Shown here one piece after another: positions 27,027-38,500 of a stretch of DNA of 64,000 bases. The position numbers were made by a program, and so were the translations under genes. The notes beneath the pieces were generated by a model, which made no database searches, had not been told where the DNA came from, and worked only from the letters and a program-made list of their open reading frames with translations. Position 1 is the first letter of the stretch, and every line of letters begins with the position of its first letter. Source of the stretch: Chrysomallon squamiferum (Eukaryota > Animalia > Mollusca); assembly GCA_012295275.1 (NCBI GenBank), contig CM022671.1, positions 1,736,001-1,800,000 on the forward strand, given 5' to 3'.

Positions 27027-30000
27027 GAATTATAAATTTACAAAGAAAAAAAGAAAAGAAACCAATCATAATGGAGTAAATTAAATTACTTTGTCTGAAA
27101 TCAAATAATAAAAATTAAAACAAAACAAAACAACAAACATTTAAATTACAGCCTGGTATAATAAAAAAAAAAAAAAAATCAATAAAAAAATAATATATGG
27201 AATGGTCAACAAATTATTAACAATGAACATTAAAACTGCTTTTTTTTAAAAACAAAGAGTAAAAACTATTGAAAGGTAAAGGGGAAAAGTAGACACATTT
27301 TTATCAAAGAAACAAGATGGCTCCAAGGTCTGAACTGTGATCACATGACCACAATTAACACAGCCTGGTGTAAATGGTGGACAACCATCAACTGAAAGTC
27401 TAGCACAGTCATGATTGATTGTCTGGTATCAAATTATTGTTGGCTAGCACAGGCCATGTCGGAAATGGCTGTCTTAATGCGCCTTTGGCATAGATAACAT
27501 TCTCCTGCAGAAGAGCTGTTATTGCCAGCTACTGAGCACAGCATTATGCTGATCAGGCACACTTCGCTTGTCTTGTCCATAATTAACTGGAAATGTCTTT
27601 AACATTCTCCTCTCTGACCATGCAATTATTTACAATTACCATGTGATTAATACAGATTATTTCATTACTTCTGTTATTCACTTCTTCTACTACTATGAAT
27701 AATAAAAGATTTTTTTTTTTTAAAGCCAATGGATAATTTATTGAAAATTTTACATGGTTTTAAATACATTTAAAAATTATTTTTGGATTGGGTTTTTGTT
27801 TTTTGTTTTTTTATTTTAATGGCATAAACTGAAAGATAAAATAAATGGAAGAATCCAAAGTGGATTTTTAATTTAAAAGGTATCATTAAAACTGTTTTTC
27901 GTAAGATAGCAGGCTAAATTATATAGTGCTAAAAGCAACACTTACCTTCGATCAGTACTGACGCTGCCATCAAATGGTTGTACAAACCATTTTCCAAGCC
28001 TGACAAAGTTTTTTGACAAAAGACATCTGAAATACCAGCATTAATGAAATATTTAAAACTTTAACTTTTTAAGCAAATTATAACAAATCATACAAAGTTA
28101 ACTAGAATCAGTATAAAATTAGTTAGAATTATGATTATTTTGTTTATACTTATAAACCAGTATTTTTTCTGTGATTAAATGTGTGTTCACAAATGTTTTA
28201 AAGAAATATCATAAATGTAATAAAAATGCCCTTCAGAATCCATTTGAAATTTAATAACCCCAACAAAAAAATTCCTCAATGCAGACCTATATGTTATTCC
28301 TAACTTGATGATGCTTTGATGTAGCTATCATGTCAAACATTAATATGCATAAGAGATGTAACATAATCATTTCATTACTGAAATAAATTCTGGCTGTCTT
28401 CTTTGTATTACAGTGTGTAAGTGTTTGTTAAGTATGCTGCAGCTCAGTGATTAGAATGTGGATAAAGGTTCAGAGGATCAATTAACCTTAGTGAACCTGT
28501 TAGACTATTATTACTAGTTCACAGGTTTATCAATGGTCACTGTATATGTTTTCCTTTCTATGAAAAGATGCCTATAAATGATCTTTTCCTGCTTGTTTAT
28601 CACTATTACGTTGTACAAGAACTATTATGACGTATAGCTATCAACAGTTAATTAGAAAATGTGTCACGATGCTGATAAACATTAATTTATTTATTAACTT
28701 ACCTTTCTATGAGGTTGTGAAGAGCTTTGAACAACAGTGTCCTACACTCATAAGACAGGCCAATATCACGATCCTTTTGATCTTTATCCCATGATCCACG
28801 TTCAATTTCTAAGAAATAAAAATTAAAAAATTATATATTGTTTAAACACAGGTGAATGCAATTAAACTGCTACAAAATTTAAAGAAAGGAACTGAAATAA
28901 TATAATTTGCACATGTCCTATGAACAGTAATATCTGTGTAACATGAAGACAATATTATTTAATACACAGTGTCTCAAATCTCTTGACACCCAGGAAGAGG
29001 ATAAATAAAAGCCAGAAAGACTTTTAAAATTAATTTATCAGTTAGTTTGTCAGACATCCACTGATGTCTGATCCCTTCAGTGCATGATCTTTGCACATTT
29101 CTAAGCACTGAACTATTTTTTTTATATAGCTTCTTGTTTTGTTATCTTTAGCATTGTTCAAGGATTATTATTATAAGTTTCTGATTTAGTTGCTATAATC
29201 TAAAAATCTGAAAAATATTAAAACTAATAAATGAATGTCAAACAAAAATTATGCTGTTAAATACATGACTTGTTAGTTGAGACATTTTGAGACATTTTGA
29301 GACATCCAATGTATTTTATTTTTATATTGTTTTATTCCATAATTAGGTAATACAAGAATCTTAAAATGTCTAAAGAAAAATGGGATAATATTCATCAGTT
29401 ATCTTGTAAATTATTGTGACATGAATAATTAAGTAGCTAATATATAATATTTGTTATTTTGTTATTACTTTGAATTTGTTATTTGTACCATACTTTCTTA
29501 GTTTTCAGCTAAGTATAGAAATAGTTTTAACAAGGATCATTTGCAATAATCTGATACTGTTATTTAGTATGTTTGTACTAAACATACTAAATAATAATTT
29601 GTTACTGTTCTGTACATTTTGAAATTCTGCTAAATAAAGACATTCTGATAACAAGTAGTCATTTACAGTTAACTTAACATAAATACAGGAAGTTTATCTG
29701 AGCTTTTGTCTGTCACGTTCATTTCACTTGACATGCTCCTTAACGTAAGGTCAAAAAAAAATCTGATTCAGTCAACTGCTACCAAATTAACAACACAACT
29801 GTCAACAACAACAGATATGTCAGCAGATACAAAAGACAGTTAAGATTTTTCACTACAAAAATGTTATGAGCTCTTGACCTGGATTGTTCTGCAATGTAAG
29901 ACAAAATAATTGAATGTGAAACAAAAGATTACGCAGGGAGACACAACGTGGAGCAAACAGCCAGTTACATGTAGAGAGCAAACAACCACAGTGCTGGTCT

Positions 30001-32315
30001 CCTCGTCACACTTGTCAACACCAAACTAGGTCAACTTGTCCACAAACGGCTAGCCCAGACACCTTGCTCTCACAAAAGATTCTCTTTAATGTGCGGGTCA
30101 ACAAGAGTTTTGTTACAGCGGTTATCGGTGTATCACACTCCATGAAGGAAGCTGAATTCTCAATTCTACTTTTGTTTCACTTTTTAAATTATGCAATTAA
30201 AGAACTCAAATTATATCGTTATTTATTACTAACAAAAAAACAAAACAAAAAAAGGCCTGACAACAGAAATTATTAAGCTCATCTGGGAATTCATACATAG
30301 TTATTAAGTATATAAATTCAGTTTTATTTTCATTCTTAATTATTTAATATGTCTGTGCATGTGTGTGTGCACGTGCATGTGTACACATTACATACTTTTA
30401 TTGTTTTATATATACATATATATGTATTTTTTTTTCTACTTTTTCTTGACTATTTAAACTTACATTTAAAAAAAATGTATTTGATCTAATAAACTATGAA
30501 GAAGTGGAAATGAAAACAAAATAACCACCACTGCTTTGTCTGTTTATTAATAATGTAGCCTGCTGTAATTCCGGTAATATAGCCTGAACACTTAACATGA
30601 TTAATATTATACCCATGTAACCTTGGAGGCCCTAAAACCAAAACTGCTGGATATTCACCGATACATCTCATGAAGTGTTCATACTCTACATTGCCAAATC
30701 AGCTTCAGGCAAATTGTTACACAAAGTGGGAAATCAAGACAGTAGATGACAACAATTTCTATAAAGCGTATTTTAAATAGCAAACAATAAATCTCTACAG
30801 AAATGTTGCTCATATTTTATTTATTCTATTCAGAAATGGAGTTTGGATTACTGAGATTCAGTTTCTGTTCAAGTAGTAGTAGGAGACAAAGTTTTAAATT
30901 ATGATTATTTTAGATAATATTTGTTTTTTAAGTAATTGGTGTTTTTTTTAACATAATTATTTTGTCTAATTAAAATGTTATTCGTTTGCAGTTTTTTCAC
31001 CCAGCTAGGATGAGTTCTAATTTAATCCTAATTTTGTATTTTTTATTGTAATTTTGTGATTAAATTTTAAATTAAGCTAATTAATCTTCATGATTTACCG
31101 ATTCAAGTATTTCCTTGTGTTTTTTACTGCACTAGAATGTTATAAAGAGATCTAAGTTCACTTAGCAGTTAATGTAATATACACAATTTTTAATCAAAAG
31201 CTATTATTCTTGTTCTTCTTCTTATTATTATTTTGTTCTAATAGCATTTATACCAGATTTCTAAATAAAACAAATACTCTTGTCCTACAAGGTTTACAAG
31301 TGTAAACATATAAACAATCCGACCTACTCTGATAATTGTAACCACTTGCAATAAACACATGAACAGGTCAAATCAACACAGCAGTGTGTTATTAGGTAAC
31401 AGTGTATTAGATGTATTATCCCATATTCAACTGGTTTGTGCCTTGTTATATTTTAATACACACATTCCTGGATGCAGCTCACAGTGCAACACTGGATGCA
31501 TGTGATGTTTTCTACTAGTGAGGCAGACACTTACTGGCAGTGGAGTATGGAACACAGTGTTAGTAATGTGAATTTGTGCACGCCAGAAAAGAGCTTGTTG
31601 CTAAGGTCATGTCAGCCATATTTATTCACACTATACAGAAAAGGAGATCAGTTACAGGGTAGTAAACTGTTGTTTTTTTTCAATTCAAAGGATTTTTTTA
31701 AAGTTTATTTCAAAGACTTTTTTCCTTTGTTATTCTTTTTTTTTTTTTTTTTTTTGCTGTAATAAAGTGATGTTCAAACTGGTAAATTAAAAGTTATTTC
31801 TCAAGTTTGTACTGAATTAATAACTAAGTTTATTTTTTTTTATTATTTGGTTCATCTTAATCTAGAGTTTGCAGTTGTTTACAAATATATAAACAGAAAA
31901 AAAAGATTAAATAATAAAAATGATTTTCATTGTATTATTTAAAATCTTTTAACGAGAATTCTAAAGATCATAAAAGTTGAAAAATTGATACAAAATTTCA
32001 AAGCACATGCACAATACATCTGGCTGCATTTCTGGCCCATCATAAACACTGTATATTCATTTTTTTTTATTTACTCTACTTCCGATGAACTAAAAAAAAA
32101 AAAAAAAATGTGGGAGCATTTTACCAGCTGCTTTTCATTTAATATGTACTTTGTTTCCAGTATCGTGGTTGCCACAAAACAGAATAAATACTTCCTCTGA
32201 CCCACTACAGTACATATGACTAACAAACCACAGAATAAAAATATTTAAAAAAAAAAAAAAAAAAAACATACCACAAAACATTAAATAATGCTGTACAAGA
32301 AATTAACCTACTTTT

Positions 32316-32353
<38 letters not shown>

Positions 32354-32536
32354 TAACAATATAAAATAATGAAAACTTGTTGATAAATTGTCATATTATA
32401 CGAATAAAGTTTTTAGGCTAATTTTTTGCTGCCAAAATCTTCAAATTTAATGAATAAAAAAAATAATAATAACAATAATTTTTATAAAAATTATATTTAT
32501 TTATTAATACTGGTATAGAAACAAACCTTCAACTAC

Positions 32537-32567
<31 letters not shown>

Positions 32568-35500
32568 AAGGATTGACACAGGGTTACATGAATGAAGCTT
32601 TCAAGCCAATTGCTTGTCGCCAACATCTTCAAATTGATTGCCTTGGAATAGTCCAGTGGCAAGCATGGCTGGCTAAGCTATCAGATCATTGCACTTTCCA
32701 TTTTGTAAACACACTTCTGAAGCCAGCATGGAGTTGCTACACATCAGTGCTTAACCAGACTTACACACGCTTTGCGTAATAGAAAACACACACGCATCAA
32801 CAGCTCACAACAAACCTATTCTAAAATGTTGAAATATAACGTGTATCATCACAGTTTATAGATGAAAGTGTTTAGTATCTCTTTTTAATAATTAGCTTTC
32901 AAGATTTAATGACATAGATATATGTCTTCACTAAATACTGCACATTTTAAAATTAATTTAGTATCTGTATCAGTATTTAGTACCAATTACATTACTGATT
33001 GTTTTGGGGGTTTTATGCTATGATGAACTGAACAGTCATTATCATACTTGCATGCAAGTTATTTTTAACACAATAAGCAGTTTTAAAGTAATTCATTTAA
33101 AATTAATGGTTCACAATTTAGCAAAGTTCACACATTTTTATTTGTTTGCCTCGTCAACCATAACTGTTATATTTTATTTTATTCTATCAAATCCTAATAA
33201 TCTCGTCCTGTGTATCGTTAGATACACCTTTTTTCTTTCTTATTAATAACACACATGAAAATATTAACTAAAGTTTACAAATGTTACCACCTTCAGAACA
33301 TGTACCTGTTCTTGACCTATTTCAGTAAAGAATTTTTTCTCTTATCAATCCTTTGTAAATCTGTTGTTTGCTATAAAAGCTTTAAAAAAATATAATAATA
33401 ATAAATAAAATACAGAACTTCTAAAAATTAAAAAAGTAATCCGTTCAGTCACAGTGTCTGCACTTGTGCAAACACAGTTAACACAAAAAGAAATGGATGC
33501 TTTGGATTACATGAAAATTGACAAGGATGTGAATTCACTAGGAGTCACCATTAAACATCAATAGTTATTGACAGATTCAACAAAATATTCTGGAGCTATG
33601 AGCAGATTATTTGTCATTTAAAACACAGAAGATCAAAAGGTGTGCTTTGTAGTCAATATTCATGCATGAAACAATGCAAAGAAATAATGTGGAAGTTTGC
33701 AGTATACAAAACAATAAAGAATGTGCAGACAAAGTCTGGTATATTATAAATTTATCCAAGTGACTACAAAAACAAATACACGTAGTAAATGCAATTTCTA
33801 AAAAATTTATATCTAGATTTAAGCAAATAAACTAACTTGGTGAATTTTATCACAAAACAGCACTTTATTAATGTGCATGTCTTACCTACATTAATTATTT
33901 ATACAAGTTATGCCTTTAATATACATTCATTAAATTGAATAATCTATTCATTAAATTTCAAGCAAACAAGAACAATTTCCATCAGAACTATTTTACCTTA
34001 AGTTTCTCATTTTTCCCCACCTCCTAATATTTGTATTAGTATTATTTAGCTTATGTTACAAATATAAATTATGAATATAATTATGTCTTAAACCAGTTTT
34101 GTAACATAATTATCATATAGCCATTCTTCATGAAATGTATAAAGCATGGACAGCGGCAGTAAAATAGCTGGCGTTTAATAAAAACTTCAGGAAAAGCACT
34201 TAACACAGGAAACATGCTAGCTGTAAATAAAATGTATGTTTCAAGTTATTTTTAATACTAGTGTTTCCCCTAAGCAGGATTAGGATGATGGCCCACTCTG
34301 CTCTTTTTTGGGATTGCCCTTGAACTTGAAATTCAGAAAATGCCTGCACTCATTTGCCTAAATTTTCATAAAATGTGCTGATAATTATTGCAATATTGCT
34401 TGAAATCAATCTATAATTATCATTTTCTGTATACAATATACAAAAGGCACTTTTAAGCACTAATAAAGAAATATAAATGGCACTTTTTAGCACTAATAAA
34501 TTTGAACAGCACTTTTTAGCACCAATAAACAAATAGAAATAACACTTTTGGAACCATCAAATATTTACAAAAGTTTAACTATAGGAACTTGTTAATTTTG
34601 CCCTTTTGAACAACTGGTAATATGAAAAAATACTCCATCTTCTACCCATGCCCTGCCCCTTTTTCAGGTTTGGGGAAACACTAAATAACTTTTATTATAC
34701 CTTAACTACTCATTCCTTAAAAATTTAACACATTAAAAGGTATGATCATGAATGTAATACTATTAAACAATGATCATAAATATTAAATGATATGTACGGT
34801 TTTAATAATCAGACAGGTGACTATTAAATTAGTCCATAATAACATATAATCACAACTCTGTGTTTGAATCTGAGGTTTGAATAAACAAAACATTACATAC
34901 AGGCTGTATTACCTAACATCACATAAAACCACAAAAGCCTCACATCCTAATGATCAATGTGAAAACCCATAGATTAAATGCAGAAAGCAGACCATTAATT
35001 TAATCAATCAATTCACATTACAGCACACTTAGAATTGGTTCAGAATTAAAAGTTTAATAATTATTGATAACATACTGTTATTATTATTATTATTATTGGT
35101 ACTGTCATAATGATTCCAATGTTATATAACTCTAACAAAGGTAAGGATTCAGTGAATATTATATTCTGAAGCACAGTAAAATGGCTATGCAAGTTTCAGA
35201 GATTGTTACACAAAAAGTTTAATGTATTAGAGAGATTATAACTAATCAAAATTATGAAATTAAAACTACCAGATGAATGATTTTAATTTATATTTTTCAA
35301 ATATTTTTCAAATTATTTAATTTCTTCAGTTCATTTCATTTCATTATTTTATTTTTTCAAGAATATTCTTTGCACTTGCACACTTGTGGGACAGATTTTT
35401 ATTTGTATACATTTATAATGATGTTGTATTTCTCCAACACTGCCAAAAGGAGTAGTCAATGCTGCTAAAGCCATTTACAGTGATATTTCCTATATTTAGC

Positions 35501-38500
35501 ATTTCTTGTGCCAAATATATTGTTGCACATAAATTTAACATTTTTCTTTATTTCTTTTAACTTTTCAAATAATTTTTTGAGTAATAATTATTCAAATTTT
35601 TTAACTAAATGACTTTACAAATGACCTTGTTACTAACCAATCATTTTAAATAATTCCTTGAAAAAATTTCTTTGCAAATTTAAAATTAAAAAAAACAAAA
35701 CAAGCCAAGAACAAAATAAATAGGCAAGGCTAGTATGTGTTTAATATAAGATGATTTTGGTTTAACATATATATATATTTCTAGCCACCATTTCTTTTCT
35801 TGTTTTTGTTAACAAATACTTAAATGTTCAGTATCATTTACTTTTTAATTTACTGAACAAAGATCTACTGCTGAAGAATCTTTTATCATTAATGTAATTT
35901 TGCAGAATACTCTTTTGTTAACTTTGAAATAACATTTCAAACATCCAAAAAAGATTTCTAAAATAATAATATACTCCACAGATTTTAATTTAACCATAAT
36001 ATTTCTTAGCATTAAAATGATCTAATATAAATATTTTTAGGTGAGGCATGTAAAACATGGGATGGCAAGCATCATATGATTCAAAATTACAGTGAGATAT
36101 CTACTTTGTAACAGTTTCATCATGTGGACATCATAATGAATAAAATAACCCATTTATCAGTCTTAACAAGGAACTATAACTTATAAACAGAAAAACATTT
36201 TGATCAAGAAATGTGTTCCTTTCTTTTTATGTCAGAATATCGAAGTGTTTAATTTTATTCTGGTGATAACAAAATCTTAAACAAATATATATACAAAACT
36301 TTGTAAAAAATTACAAATGTGCAAATAGTATTTAAAACATATCAATACATTTAAAATATATTTTTAGTTGTAACAAATAATATAATAAAAAAATGTTCTT
36401 ATCAGTTGTAGCTTAAACTCTTAAACTGAGCAAAGTTCAAAAACCTAACAGTGTTGTTAAACTTACCATTTAGGTCCCTGGACAGCATACTCTCAAGTCC
36501 TGTGGGTTCATCTCCATACCAGAATATCCACAGTTCTTTGCTCAGTTGATCAGATGTTCTCAGGTCACTATTCCGCAGCACTCTTCTCCATACACAGAGA
36601 ATACCATTCTTTATGCACTTGGAGTATGACACCAACACAGGATCCTCTAGATGCTCTACACAAACACATTCTGGTGACACACCCAGTTTACGCCATTTTA
36701 TGCCACATAGATCAGTCTGAAAGGAAAATGCAATAAGGTTTTAAAATCTAGTATAATAATGGTACATGGGTATGTCGGTGCTATACCAAATGGTGCAGTT
36801 GCCAAAAAAAACGTGCTACAAATAAATTGATATGATAAATTCAATGACCTAACAAGCATCTCACTTGTCGCTGGATTATAATTGTATTGCCAGATATTAC
36901 ATGCACAAAATGAAATTGACAGAAACTGAAAACAATGACAACAACTGCAGCTGACAGAAGTTTTTAAAATTCCGTTCATTTTTATAAACAGTTGTGTCTG
37001 CAATATAATTTACTGTAGCTTAGGATGAAAAGGTTGAATCCAGGACTGGAGGACAACCATGTAAAAACTGGTGCAAGAACTGATCTAAACGTTACTGTAC
37101 GCCGTGCAGATGGCCATCATCTTTAACATCAACTTTATTTTTGTTTGTTTAGGAGTGTGGTTTCTTTTTTTATATATAAAAATTTAATTTGGTTAATTTT
37201 GCCATAAAATACTAAACACTTCTGGTCAGACTAACCCATGAGACTTTCAGTTTTTTTTTTAAATATTGTTAACCCTGAATACAATTATATTGCAATCCTT
37301 TTATAAAATGTAAGAATGGAGGGGCAGACATATCTCTGAAACTTATATCATAGTAAAAATAGCATATTTAAAATTTAAGACAGATATGATGAGTAAATCA
37401 CAAACTTAATTAATTTAAACTGATGTCAAATTTTAGGAAACTGCAATATGCTAACAATCTGTAATATTAATAAAATATATAAATGAAAGAAAAAAATGTA
37501 AAGTAGTTTCGTGAAAACATTCTTAAAAATCAGATTTTTATTTTTTGCTTCAGCAAATTATATATATTATACAAAAAGAAGTAATAATATGAATTAACTG
37601 TTGAGGTCTTAATAAATAGCAAATAACATAAATTTAAAATTTGGATATGTTTTCATCAAATATAAACAAAGTGTTTTAAATTTATACACAATAGGAACAT
37701 ACTAACAGTGAAACATGACAAAACCAACAATTATATTGTAAAAACATGCCTCCACAAACACACCAAACCAGGAAATATCCTCTGCACTATAAATATTATA
37801 TCTGTTAAGAAGATATGAAAGTGTAACAGCTAATTCAAAAATAGCTTTTAATTCTGCATACATAAAATTAAGCAGCCAAAATAAAAACAATTAGGCTATA
37901 TTTACATTAGGTAAATTCCATCACTATAAAAAAAAATAGTTCTGACCAACTACACATGCGAATACTTTTGTTATCTTTTTCTACAATTCTCATTTTAATA
38001 TATAACGAGAATTTTTTATTTAATTTTTTAAAAGCTGGATACTTTATGTCCTTGTCATAAATGTAAATTATGAGATGATTATGTTTTTAAACTGTAAAGC
38101 ATTAACATTTCATAACATGCAGTTACATGTACATTCTTTTTATGTATGATCATTCTTCTTTAAATAATAAAAATTAAAAACTACAATAAAAACTATTTTT
38201 AGATCACATATTAACTTGCATTTGAAATCCAAAAAAATATGCATCTATTCATCTTCAATTTTACAAACAGTTACTTTTATCTCAGGTTCTCTTTCTTGTG
38301 AAAGGTTTTTCAACATACATTTATTGCATTATTTAGCTCTTGCCGTGACACCAAGTGCAATTACACCTTTCAATAAGCTATCTAAAAAGAACAGGAGTGC
38401 TTCTTAAGACAACTGATAATTTCAATGCAAATTAATAGCTGTTCACTTTTATAACAGCATCATCATAAAAAACCAAATTGACAAATTATTACATAGACAC

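Noticed and set aside
17130-36466. Nested protein-coding gene in the large MED13 introns
   Set aside because: No chain of phase-consistent exons or recognisable protein found on either strand
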